DNA of 64,000 bases from Gracilinanus agilis (Eukaryota): NCBI RefSeq assembly GCF_016433145.1, contig NC_058131.1, forward strand, positions 551,535,117-551,599,116, in the 5' to 3' direction. The notes beneath the pieces were generated by a model that saw only the letters and a program-made list of their open reading frames with translations, was not told the DNA's origin and did no database searches. Of the stretch, positions 37,201 to 50,236 are shown in pieces (position 1 is the stretch's first letter; the number at the start of each line of letters is the position of its first letter). The position numbers and the translations under genes were made by a program.

Positions 37201-38900
37201 AATGTCTAGGGAAGGGTGGAATAATGAGCTTCCAAAATTGTATTTAGTGATCCACACGGTGGAATTTGTCTTTGGTCACCAAGAGAGATCATTGATCAAC
37301 TAATTTATTAGTTATTGCTAGCCTAATCAATAAGTTGATTTTATTACTCAGAGGCCACTCTTGGAACTTTTTTTTAACCTTCTGTCTTGGAATCAATACT
37401 GTGTATTGTTGTCTGAGTGTCTGAGGCCATATTTGAACTCAGGACCTCCCATCTCTGGGCCTGGCTCTCGATTCACTGAGCCACTTAGCTTTCCCCCTCA
37501 GATTTTTTGTCACAGTATAACCAAAATCCAAAAATGGAAGAGTGATCAGGAGAAAAGGGTGGTCATATGAAATTGATTACTAATTATTAATTAATAGTTA
37601 AGAGCTTTATTTCCCAGCATTAACCATTGCAACCAAGTTTTCAAGGCTTAAGGATTCAGAGTAATTTTGGGAAGGCTTCATGATCATGAATACTTTTTTT
37701 TTTAAACCCTTACCTTCAGTCTTTGTACCTAGAATCAATACTAGGTACAAAGTTACATCCAATACTAGGTATTGATTCTAAGGCAGAAGAGTGGTAAGGA
37801 CTAGGCAGTGGGGGTTAAGTGACTTGCCCAGGGTCACACAGCTAGGAAGTGTCTGAGGACAGATTTGAACCCAGGACCTCCTGTCTCTGGGCCTGGCTCT
37901 CAATCCACTGAGCCACCCAGCTGCCCCCACGAATGCTTCTTAATAAGCAAGCAAAGCAACAATACCACTGAAGGGAGATAAGGAAGATGGATAAAGGATG
38001 ATTCAATCTGGTCTTATTTTCCCTATTACTGGGTTCCTTTGGTACAGAGATGGTATTCCAAAGAATGTTCTAGGGGACAATGATTAACTTGTATGCCCCA
38101 CTGTTACCACAGATCCTGGAGGGCCCCTTCCTAACAATTTTATGTGGGTTTATCTGTCACAAGGCTTTCCAGGGGACATTGGCTAACCCTGTGTTTTCCC
38201 TATTGCTGTGGCCTTGGAGGACTATCTTTTGCAAGTTAACATAATTGTGGACCAATCATAGTCTCAGTTTAGTTTGTATCATTGGGCCTTATATAACCAC
38301 CAAACTTATAAAAAGCTGCTCTGATTGTACAATGTGCTTTGGTCACTGAGAGGCCATTGACTTCTGTCTCGAAAAGGAAATTGCCTTTATTGCTTATTTA
38401 TTTATTTAGGTAGGTTAACTACAACTATGATTTTTAGAAAAAGTTAGACCCAGTTAGTAAACTGTGTGTAAGATATCAATGATAATAATAGAATATTAAC
38501 CATAGTGTTAGAAAGGTTAAAGCTTGGTGAATTAGAATATATTCTAGCAACTAACTCTAGTAAGAGCTTCTGTTGGAAGAATTTCAGGAAATAAGCTGTG
38601 TTCATTTGGAACGGTGAGTGGACGGCTGCTTGATGAGATCACAGGAAAACAGCCTTGACATGTCCAGGTGTAGTTTGATCCTGTGAAGATTTAGACTCAC
38701 TACAGGCTCCCCAGACTATTAGGGCCAAGATAGGTTACTTTGACCTAATACTAGAATTTATTACTTCTTATCAAATGTCACCAAAACTTGTTACCAACTG
38801 TTATGTTATAACACATCTTTTAACATGTTCTGAACATTTTGTTTTGCTAATCACTTATGCCAAGTAACTGCCAAAAAAGCCTTTAGAACTGTTGACCATC
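34300..38900 (-). mobile_element. Highly degenerate class I ERV-like pro/pol relic, interrupted by the 35.1-36.3 kb repeat and SINEs
   Basis: Minus-strand peptides: QTITWVVL (~37100, like RT QYTWTVLP), VWNLDLTQMP*AKGQK (~34540, like integrase WQxDFTxMP), VSQCPLESL (~38180, like the protease end). Confidence 0.45.
35110..36330. repeat. Cryptic, decayed CA/TG-rich tandem repeat with core (GTGT)CATGCAATG(A/C)CA
   Basis: Core copies at 35138, 35305, 35646, 35965, 36184, 36244 and 36292. A ~135-bp higher-order duplication (35867 vs 36002). Confidence 0.8.
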
Positions 38901-41226
38901 TAGATGAGGTCTTTGCCACAGATTGGGCATGGTGAGACTTCCAGTTTTAATTTCCCACAGTTAAGATGGATCTTCAGCTCAGAATGATGGCCCATATATA
39001 TTTTTATTTCTTACAACTATTGGTAACTGCTAAAAAAAATAGATTATGCTCAGACTTTTTGTGCCTCAGTTTCTCTTTATTTCAACAGGCAACACTCCGT
39101 GAAGAGTCTGAAAGCCAGATTGCAAAGGATTGAGGACTGAGTGAGAGGAGAGGAATTGGAGACAATGAACATAGAGAATTTTCCTAAGGAGTTTGGCTGA
39201 GAAAGGAAGTAGATAAAGACCTAAAGGAATGGTAGGGTCGAGTGAAAGTTTTTAATTTGGGCAGACTTGAAGGCAGCTGGGAACGAAGAAGATAGAGATT
39301 TGAGAGGGTAAAGGGGTGCCTGAGAATGGAGAAGAACCGAGAATGTAAGGGGTTGACCTTGACAAGAAGGACCACCCTTTGTCAGAGGCTAAGGGAAAGA
39401 AGGAGAGAATGGAAGGTGATGTCAAGGGGTTTTGAGATGAAAAGAATAGGAGAAGAGGGTAGTCATTCACCTCAAATCACTTAGTATTTTAGCTGACGGA
39501 GGAGAGGTAAAATGTTGGGAGTTGGGGGGAAGTATATGGTGGGAGGGAAGTGGGAGGAAGTGGAAGGAACAGGTCCTGAATGAGCAGGGAGCACCAGTGG
39601 GTGGCCAGGTCTGGGTCTGAATTTGGCCCAGGCCCAATGCAAGATGGCTCTACTCTCAACCTCTGCAGTGGCTAGTAGAGGGAAGGAGGATGTGGTATTA
39701 GGAGGTATTAATTAAAAAATAGAATCATGAAGAAAATGCTTGGGAAATCAGTCCTCATCCTCAATTCCTGTCATGCATGTTTGAGGAATGTCTAACCTGG
39801 CATTCTTCATTCCCACTGAAGGCCAAATGTAAAAAGAAATGGGCTATTCCCAAGGAAACAGACTACACAAATAAAGGGCCAACATATACCAAAGAATTCT
39901 TAGTAGCATTCTGTGATAGCAAAGACATGAAAATGAAGTTTTTCCATTGATTAGGGAATGACTAATCCAGTTGTGGCACATGAAAATAATACAATATTAT
40001 TTAGACCCAATAAATGATCGTGTGAGGAATTTAGAGCAGTGTGGTAAGATTTGTATGAACTAATGCAAAACAAAATATACTGAGCAAAAAGAACAATATA
40101 AACAATGATTACAACATTAGTAATGAAACAAACAATAAATGGAAAAGCCAGCAAAGTTCAAAAGAAAAGCAAATGAAACATTTCCCTCTACTAGGGCAAA
40201 ATATTGTATATATTGGCAGACACAATCTTCTTCTTAGATGTTTTTGCTTAATGATCTTTCTTTGTCACAAGGAAGGGTTCATTCTAGATTGGGAAAGTGA
40301 TATAAAGTAAAGCCAAAAAGTATCCAAATTAAATGTTTTATTTTGTTTTTTAAAGGAAATGGGCTTGAGTTTCAGATAAATCAAGCCTGATGAAAGACTT
40401 CCTCCTTTAAGACTGGTAAGATAAGGACAATGGATAACCATATAAGGCTATAGAAGCTTTTCTGGCTGCATCTTGAAGAAAAGAAGACTTTTCTGACTAC
40501 GACTTCTAAAGAAAATAGAAGTCTCTTCTATTGCTTACAATGTATTGCAATGGAAAAAACATGGACAGGTAGGTGGCCCTGGGTCTAGGGTCAGGAAGAC
40601 TCATCTTACTAAGTTCAAATCTGGCCTCAGACACTTCCTAGCTGGACAGGTCTGATGGCTTCAGTTTCTAATACCCAGTATTGATTCTAAGATGGAAGGA
40701 AAGGGTTGTTTTGTTTTTTAATTGCAGCTAAAGTTCCACATTCTGCAAGAAACCTTTCCTGGTCCCCCATAATATTAGTGCCTCCCCTCTGTGAATTACA
40801 TCTATTTTATCCTGTTTACATCTTGTTTCTACATAGTTGTGTGCAGGTTGTCTCCCCAATATAGACTGTGACCTCCTTGAAGGCAGGGATTGTCTTTTGC
40901 CTTTCCTCATATACCCAATGCCTAGTGCATTAACTGGAACATAACAGGCACTTAATAATTGCTTGTTGACTGACTGACTAAATGTAAAATGAAAATTTGG
41001 CACAGGTTCAAAAAAATAAACAAGCCAACTATATATAAATAGGAATTGGAAGAATGGGAAATCTTGGCTAGATAACAGCTCTCATAAAAAGACCCCAGTG
41101 GGGCAGTTAGGTGGCTCAGTGGCTAGAGCAGGCCTGGAGATGAGAGGTCCTGGTTCAAATATAACCTCAGTCACTTCCTACCTGGGTGACCCTGAGCAAG
41201 TCACTTAACCCCAATTGCCTCACTCT

Positions 41227-41306
41227 TACTATTCTTTTTGCCTTGGGAAGGAAGGAAGGAAGGAAGGAAGGAAGGAAGGAAGGAAGGAAGGAAGGAAGGA
41301 AGGAAC
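41227..41306 (+). repeat. (GGAA)n microsatellite at a SINE tail
   Basis: Pure GGAA repeat. Confidence 0.97.
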
Positions 41307-42032
41307 ATAAGTGATTTAGTTTCCTGCAAGTGTGACTTGACAAATTAAAAAAGCATCCACATACTACAGCTAGGTGGCGCAACGGATTCAATGCTGGCCC
41401 TGAAATCAAAAGGACCTGAGTTCAAATGCCTCAGACACTTTCTAGCTGTGGGACCCTGGGCAAGTCACTTAACCTCGTGTGCCTCAGTTTCCTCATCTGT
41501 AAAATGAACTGGAGAAGAAAATGGTAAATCACTCTAGTATCTTTACTAAGAAAATCCCCAAATAAGTAGAACACAGAAAACAACTGCTTGATCACATGGG
41601 TCAATGGGGATATGATTGGAGGGAATGTAGACTCTGTAGATCATCCTAGTGCAAATATTAATAATATGGAAATAGGTCTTGATCAATGACACATGTAAAA
41701 CCCAGCGGAATTGCTTGTTGGCTATGGGAGAGGGGTGGGAGGAGGAGAGGGAAAGAACATGATTCATGTAACCATGGAAAAATACTCTCTAAAGTAATTA
41801 AATAAATAAACTTAAATTCTTAAAAAAAAAAAAAAAACAACAAAAAACATTCCAGATGGAGTCATGAAGAGTCAGTCACGGCTGAAAAGCAACTGAACAA
41901 TAAAAGGGCTTTAAGAGAAAGCAGTATCCAGGCTCTATGGATCCACCCACTAGTGCTATTATAGGGTTATGGAGTGAGCCCTAGTACTTCTGTGTACTGC
42001 AGTGATATAATCTTTGATGTCCTTGTGTCTTT

Positions 42033-42226
42033 TTTTTTTTTTTTTAATTTTAAACCCTTAACTTCTGTGTATTGACTCCTAGGTGGAAGATTGGTAAGGG
42101 TGGGCAATGGGGGTCAAGTGACTTGCCCAGGGTCACACAGCTGGGAAGTGTCTGAGGCCAGATTTGAACCTAGGACCTCCCGTCTCTAGGCCTGGCTCTC
42201 AATCCACTGAGCTACCCAGCTGCCCC
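42033..42226 (-). mobile_element. Young SINE1_Mdo-type SINE with TSD
   Basis: Reverse-complement full-length copy; TSD CCTTGTGTCTTT on both sides. Confidence 0.92.
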
Positions 42227-42979
42227 TCCTTGTGTCTTTACTTTCTCCCTGACCCTCACAATCCTTACCACTCCTTTCTGCCTGATACTGCTCAGATACA
42301 TTTATCTACTCCAGAAAAGATTATCTGAAAACACCCATTCCTAGACCCCACACTCGCATTCCCTCTATCTTCCCCATGCTGTGACCTCTTTCCCTGAGAT
42401 CTCCAGTCTGTCCTCAGTATAATCACAATCTCTTCTTTTCTTCTCTCTTGATGTGTCCCTTCCTCAGGACCCTCTCCTGGACTCTATCACCTCCTTCCCT
42501 CTAGTCGTCTTCTTCAAAAAAAAGTTTTATTGAAGCTTTGGGCTTTTCTATCACATACATTTCCAAGAATATTCCCTCCTGCTTTCCCTTATAACAAAGA
42601 AAGAAAAAAACAGGTCAGTAAAACTAATATATCATAGCATAAGCCACATTTCACATCTTCACTGGGAGGAGGAAGATATTTTTTTTCATCTCTTCTCTGG
42701 ACCAAGTTTGTTCATTATAATTTCACAAACTTCAATTTCATTTTATTGTGCTTTCCATTTCTATTATTATAGTTGTAAATAGTGTTTCCTAAATGTTGTT
42801 CAGTCATGTCCAATTCTTCATGACCTCATTTGAGGTTTTCTTAGCAGAGATACTAATGTCATTTGCCATTTCCTTTTCTGGTTTATTTGACAAATGAACA
42901 AACTGAGGTCAAAAGGGTAAAGTGACTTGTCCAGCGTCATATAACTAGCAAGTGTCTGAGGCTGGATTTGAACTTAGTC

Positions 42980-43430
42980 TTAGTCTTCCAGGCTCCTAAC
43001 CTGACACTTTATGCCACCTAGCTCCCCCTTACTTAACTCTATCTCAGTTCCTAAGTCTTCCCATATTTCTTGGAATTCCTCATGTTTATCATTCCTTATA
43101 TCACAGTATTTTCCATTACATTCTTGTACCGACTTTTGTTTAGCAATTCTCCAATTGATGGACACCCATATGTTTCCAGTTCTTTATTACCACAATGAAA
43201 AAGTGTTTCTATGAATATTTTGGTATGCATGGAACCCTTGTTTCTGTCTTTGGCCTAAAAAATCTGAGTCAAAAGATATGGACATTTTAGTCCCTTTGGG
43301 GACATAATTCCAAATTACTTTCCAGAAAGTTTGGAGCAATTCACAGCTACACCAACAGTGTATTAATTTCCTACCTTTCCACAACCTTCTAACACCATTT
43401 CCATTTTTTACCATCTTTGCCAATTTGATG
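42980..43430 (-). mobile_element. L1 ORF2 3' fragment
   Basis: LIHCWCSCELLQTFWKVIWNY motif on the minus strand. Confidence 0.8.
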
Positions 43431-43857
43431 TTGTTTTCTTGTTCTTCCTTGGTCAACAAAAATTTAATACTAGAATGTTGCAGCAGTTTACATTTATTAA
43501 GGGTAAGAACTTTCTCTTAAAGTCTGAACAGTATCTAGCCCAGTATCTTATAGTGAATAATCACAGGATCACAGGTTTGGAGCTGGAAGGGTTTTTATAA
43601 ACCTTGTCTAATCAACCCACTTTACAGGAGAAGAAATTAGGGTCCAAAATTCTAAAAAAAAACCCTAAAATTCAAATCCATCTCCTCTGACTCCAAACCC
43701 CATACTCTTTTGACTACGACACTTTTCCTGCACCCCCTTCAATTGATTGCTGCTAGTTTATCCTCTTAGGAGCCAAGCAAAACAAACTTGATCTGTCACA
43801 CAAGAAACTTTTCTTGAGTTGAATTAAATTTATTGAGACTTAATATCGTCTGTAAGA

Positions 43858-44115
43858 GGGCAACAAGATGTCACAGTGGATAGCATGCTGGGGCTGGAGT
43901 CAGAAAGATTCATCTTTGTGAGTTCAAATCCAGCCACAGACACTTATTGGTTGTGTGATCATGGTCAAGTCACCTAATCCTGTTTGCTTCAGTTTCCTCA
44001 TCTGTAAAATGAGCTGGAAAAGAAAACGGCAAAACTACTCCAGTAACTTTGCCAAGAAAACCCCAAATTAGATTTAGACATTTGTGTTGGACATGACTGA
44101 AAGACAACAACAACA
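43858..44115 (+). mobile_element. Mar1-type CORE SINE with RTE-derived tail (others at ~3238-3445(-), 8150-8390(-), 41366-41900 split by an L1 fragment, 42790-43020(-))
   Basis: CORE segment followed by GAGCTGGA..AAACGGCAAAACTACTCCAGTA.CTTTGCCAAGAAAACCCC and a (CAA)n tail. Confidence 0.8.
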
Positions 44116-47100
44116 AATAGTCCGTAAGACAGTCCCTGCCCACAAGAAATTTAGAATCAATTGGGTTGACAAGGTTAATATATAAGAAAGAGTTGAAAAA
44201 TATGAAACATCAGATAGATAGATAATCAAGCCCTAGTTAGTGTAGTTCAGATTTTAATGGGATAGGATAGGACCCTGTTATTCACATACATTATATAAAT
44301 GTTATTCACTGATGGAGAACTTCTTGGTGAAGACACTCAATGTACCAATTGCAGGTTGTCACCTTCTCTGCAACTTGGGGTCTTAGAGAGCTGTCTGGAT
44401 CACTGAGGGGATGTGACTTGTCTTCTTGGACAGTATATGACAAAGGTGGAACTTGAACTCTAGTTCTCCTAACTCCAAGGCAGGTCTCCATCCACCACGC
44501 TATACTGTACTGTCTTTCTCTAGAAAATCGAATAGTTCACATTTGATCAATCAGTAAATATTTATTAAGCACCTACTATATGCCAGGTACTGTGCTAAGA
44601 ACTAGAGATAAAAGCAGAGGTTTTATATAAACAAAGGTTTATATGAAAAGAAAGTCCCTGCCTTCAAGGAGCTCACAATCTAATGGGGAGACAACTTGTA
44701 AACAAATCTATACAAAGCAAGCTCTATGTGAGATACATAGGAAATAATTAACAGTGGGGAGGCCCTAGAATTAAGAGGGGGTGGGAAAAGCTTCTTATAG
44801 AAGATATGATTTTAGTTTTATAAGTATAATAAGAATTTGATATAGTCAGACTAACCTCTCCCCCTTCACTTACAAATGCCCCTTTGAGTTTTTGCTAAAA
44901 CAACAATAATTTTAGCTTCCTGCTCCACATCAGGAAAAACCTTCCTTTTCTTTGCCCAGTCTTATTCCTTCATCTCAGTTCAGATAAAAATATAGTCCAA
45001 TCAATTTATCTAGGCACTTTAATTGGATTCATATCAACTAGCACCCCCAACACATCTCCTTATGTTCTATGTCCTTTTTCTGCTTCCCCACTTGTCCTGC
45101 CTTCCCCCAGCATAAGCATGCACCCATCTGTACATATATCCCAGGGGTTGCTTGACATTCTTGCGCTGTGCTGTGTATATCTACAAAATTTGATCAAATG
45201 TTTGCCTGACCTGACTCGTTCTGTACTGGGATGGAGGAAAGGACAGACTCATTCTGAGACCTGAGCAGATGGGACAGAGGAGGTAGGGGAGAGTGATGCA
45301 TCGCAAATGACAAGCAATGAGACCAATGGGAATAAAGTAAAGGCAAACCAAGAAACTGGAGGTGGGAAATGGGATGGGGGGGAAAGGTGTCCAGGAGGGA
45401 GAGAGGGGAGGGGAGGGGGAAAAGTATACTTTCTGTGTATCTTTGTGGCCTGGAGTCTCCTTTACTTTCCCAAACCAAACCACCTCTAAGTCCTCTATTT
45501 AGTATCAGATTTTCTAAAGGAATAGGTGTTACACCAGTAATGGCTAACTTGGCAGGACCAAACTGCTAAGTTTGCATAGACTCTCAGAATGGCAGAATTG
45601 GAAGGGAACTGGGGAGTCATCTAGTGCCACCACTCACATAACGTGGTAAGAAGTATCCCTGATACTAGTTCTAGCCTCAATGTAGGAGTACGGCCAAGTA
45701 CCTGACTTACCAGAGTGAGGTCAAGAATTAGAAGGGCTCGGGGTCCTTCCTTCTCCACCTGCCACCCCCTCACAATGCTCAGTTGTGAATCACTTGTAAG
45801 TCTATTCATTTACTGAAGTTGTTTGTATGTTCTGCGTTGTCAGGGAGGAGCAAGTATAAATTCCAGGTGCTTTATCTAGAAATGTTAGGGAAGTTTGAGA
45901 AATGGAAGGATGCCACAAGGGAAGCCAAAGGAAGTAAATGGGGGAGGAAATGAAGCAATTAAGTCTCTGTGGGTAGAAAGTGAACTGGTGAGGTATTGAT
46001 GATGTCATTCACAGGGTAGGAAAATTTTTAAAGAAAGGATGACCCTTTCTGGGCTTTCTCTAGGAAACTTGCTAGCTGAAGGATCAAGGAGTAGAAAGAA
46101 CAAAAATGAAACAAGTTCTGGCTTCGGGTTGACACCACCTCGGATTGAATCTGCTTGATGACATCATATCCTGGGCAGGAAATATTTCCTAATCAAGAAT
46201 AAAAAGAATAAACTTCTGGTAAAGGCACTAAAGTTCAAAACCTTAGAGTAACCTTTGACCTTTCCTCTTCCTTTACCCTCAAGACTTGGGGATTCTACCT
46301 CCCTGACATCTCTATCATCTGTCCATCTGTCTACTCACATTGTTATCACCTCAGTTCAGGCCTTCATTACTTCCCGTCTGGACCATTATTATAGCCTCCA
46401 CACTGACCTTCCTATCTCCAGTCTTTCCCCTCTCTAATTCATCTAGAAAAAAGCTACCAAAGCAATTTTCCAAATGCTCAAGGCTGAGCATGTCACCTCT
46501 GCTGCTCAAAAAGCTTTGGAGGTTACCTCTTGCCTCTAGAATCAAGTATAATCTCCGTAGCATAGCCCTGAAGATTCTTTTCAGTCTAACACCAATCAGC
46601 TTTTCATATAAGGTTTTTGCAAGCTTTATTTCACATTAGTCCTTTTAATGCATAGCCAAACTACAGTATTAGATGTTCCTTAGTCTCAACCTACATCTTC
46701 CTATTTCTCAGCATTTATTTGCACAAGTTGTCCCTCATGCCTAGAATGTTCTGTATTCTCCTCTTCCCCAGACAAAATCCTCCTCTTTCTTGAAGTTCAG
46801 ATGACAATTCTCCTAGAACACCCCCTTAAAAAAAAAAAGCCCTTACCTTCTCTTAGTATCAGTTCTAATACAGAAGAGGAGCAAAGACTAGGCAATCAGG
46901 ACTTGCCCAGGGTCACACAGTTGGGAAGTGCCTGAGACCAGATTTGATCCCAGGTCCTTCCAACTCCAGGCCTGGCACTCTATCCACTGTGCTACTTAGC
47001 TCTCTGCCACCACTACCCCCCCAAAAAAACAACTTTTGATGCATGCTCTACTGCCTGATGAAAATGATGTCTTCCACATATTTCTCACATTAATTTCTTT

Positions 47101-48756
47101 AGGTTGATCCCCACCTATCCCTCCACATCCTCCATGGAGTCCACTTTTCTAGGTAATTCAGGGCCCCATTCTGAGTCATTTAACCTAGGGATCCTGCCAC
47201 AAATGCCTGTTCTCCAGTTATTAATCCTAGAAAATCTCTTTAGCATCCTGACATTCTGTGCCACACTATTGCCCAGCTCTCCCTGCCCTTCCCCTACCAC
47301 ACCTTCAATGGAGAGCCTTTCTTCTAATGTCCAGTCCTGCTACCTTCTCTCAATCACTCACCACAGTGAGATTAAAGCAATGCAACTCCTCCCTCTAATC
47401 CCCCCTAGGTGTGGCATGCCCTGCCCAGCTGCCAATGGCATTGGGATAAAGGGAGGACAGCAAGAGGGCAGGGGCAAGAGAGTTTACCCCAGAACTTTAC
47501 TCCCTCTTCTAAAATGGGATCATTATTCCAAGTCCTCTCTCTCTGATCCTCTTCCCAGCATTCCATCTCCCATGCCCAAGGCAAAGAATTTTCTCTAGAG
47601 CCTGCTCCTGAATTCATCCTCCTCTCCCACCCTGGACATTCTCCTCTGGGACTTCATGTCTTGCTTAATTTCCTCTAGGACTCTTATCCCTTTCTGGGAG
47701 CAAAGAGTTTCTATTATGAGCCACTGAAATTCTTTCCCCACCCAGGATGTGTCCCGTTTCAAGGTAGCATCATCAGATTTGTCATGAAACTGCCAAGAAT
47801 CTTCTGTGGACTCCGTACCTGACTGAGAGGGTTTTTCTGGCTCTTCGGCTGCATTTCACATTACCAGATCCCTCGCCCTTGGGGCCTTTGAGTCATATCC
47901 CTCTTCCCCCAAGGCCCTGAATGAGACACTTCCCCTGTAGGTCCTCCCCATTTTTCTGAAGCTCTGCCTTAGCTTCCTCCCAGATCATTTCATCGAAGGG
48001 GCCCAGGCTTGCCAGTGAGTACGCTGCTGTCATGTCCCGGCACACCAGAGTTGAGTCCGGCTCGGTTTTGAGGAAGTTTTTCCATTTAGCCACAACTTGA
48101 ACTGTAATATTTGAGGGTAGAAGGAGAAGAGAAAGGCGAAGGAGAAGAGAAAGGCAAAGTAGGAATTTTAACATTCAGAAAGACCATGAGAATTCTCAGA
48201 AGACAGGGTCAGACCTGGGGGTTCTTTTGAGTTTTTTGGATACCTGGGTCTAACCTGGAGACTATAAACATGTGCTTAAAAATATTTTTTTGATAAGTAT
48301 ATTTCAATATAATTGTTTTCTTTCATAATCTTATGTAGCTTATCTTATGCATTTAAAAATATTATTCTGAGAAGTCTGTGACTTCACTAGGCTGCCAGAG
48401 GGTCCATGATACAAAAAAGGTTAGGCCTCAGGTTACCCTAGAGCCCTGTTGTTGAACCTAGGCATGTGTGCTGGAGAGGGCTGCTCCCCTCCCCCTCTCC
48501 ACCAGCCCCTGAGGACATTTCTCCCATCACCTGCCCCTCTGCCCAACAGCCCAATGGAAGCGCTTCCTCCGTCCCCTGTCTGGGGTAAGGGTGGGACTCA
48601 CATGCAGTGTGAGGGTTGCAATTTGGGCACTCAGTCTCTAAAGGGTTTGCAAGGATCCCAGGGATGCCAGAAATAGAGATCTTTGTGAATTCTTCAGGAT
48701 CAGGGGTGAACTGAGACTGGATGAGACTGGGTTTGCTAATAATAAGATTGGCCTGT

Positions 48757-48876
48757 GATTCTTCCTAGCTGTGTGACCAAGTCACTTAACCCCAGTTATC
48801 TAGCCCTTATCTCTCTTCTGCCTTGAACCAATTCTTGTACCAATTCTAAGACAGAAGGTAATGATTTTAAAAAAAT
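48757..48876 (+). mobile_element. 5'-truncated SINE1-type insertion on a splice acceptor of the hidden minus-strand gene
   Basis: SINE 3' half flanked by the 12-bp TSD AGATTGGCCTGT at 48745-48756 and 48877-48888. Confidence 0.85.
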
Positions 48877-50236
48877 AGATTGGCCTGTAATATGGAAAGG
48901 TAGTGTGATATGGAATCAAGAACAATAGTCTGGTAATTGTAAAACTTGGGTTCTGAGCCTCCTGCCACGACTCAGTTCTGGGACCTTAGGCAAGTCACTT
49001 ACATACATAATGATACTCTCTCAAATATTCTGGCCTCCCAGCTCCTCAGTTAACTCATTGCACATGACACATATCAGATACACAGAGATGGTCATATCCT
49101 TGACTTGGCCATTATCCCAAAATATATCACTTCCATCTTCAAGAGCTCTGAAATTCCTTAATCTTATCACAATTTATTGGGCTTTTTAAATTTGTATTTT
49201 TATTAAATTATATTTTAATTAAATTTTCAATTACATGTAGAAATAATTTTTTCTGGATTGTATATCATCATGCAAAATGTATTTCCATATTCATTTTTGT
49301 AAGTGAATGATCTTATAAAACCAAAATCCCAAAATATACACCCAAATAAACAAGTGAAAAATCATATACTTTGATCTGCACTCTGACTCCAGCAGTTCTT
49401 TCTCTGGAGGTGGATAGCATTCTTTATCATAAGCCTCTCAGAATTGTCCTGGGTCATTGTATTGCCAAGAGTGGCTAAGTATCGTAGTGGATCATTCCAC
49501 CATATAGCTACCTAGAGTTTACCTTCATAACACCTCTCCCATCTGACCCCTTCTCGCCTCCAACACTGTTGCCACTCTGGAAGAAGCCTTCATCACATCA
49601 CATCTGGACCACTGCAAAAGCCTTTTAGTTGGTCTCCCTGCCTCACATCTCTTCACTCTAGTCCTTCTTCTACTGAGCTGTTAAATTAATCTCCCTAAGT
49701 TACAAGTCTAGTTATGCAACCCCTCTTTTCAGTCAACTTAAGTGACTCCCATTACCATCAGGATCAAATACAAAATCCTCTATTTAACATTTAGAGTCCC
49801 TCATATCCTGGCCTCTGCCTACCTTACCACTCTTCTTATATTTTACTCCCTTTGGTATGAAATTCAAGGACACTGGACTCTTTGCTGCCCCTAGAATGAG
49901 ACAAACTACCTCTCAACTCCAAGCATTTTCACTGACTCTCCCCAGTGCCTGGAATTCCCTCTCTCCTTATTTCTGCCCCATACATTCCCTGACTTCCTTC
50001 AAATTCCAGCTAAAATCCCATATTTTACCAGAAGTCTTAACCAGTTTTTAATGCTAGTGACTTCTCCTTGTCAACTTATCAAATTTATCTAGAATATATC
50101 TGGTTCATCCATAGTTGTTTGCATGTCATCTCCCCAGTTAGACTGTGAGCTCTCTGAAAGCAGTGACTGTCTTTTTTACTTTTGTTTGAATCCTCAGTGC
50201 TTAGCACACAGTTGGAGCTTAATAAATGTTTGTTGA

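Noticed and set aside
44290-44403. Exon IQTAL*DPKLQRR*QPAIGTLSVFTKKF
   Set aside because: Three stops in about 37 codons, the start phase mismatches the preceding exon, and the acceptor lies within a SINE-like element. Left unresolved.
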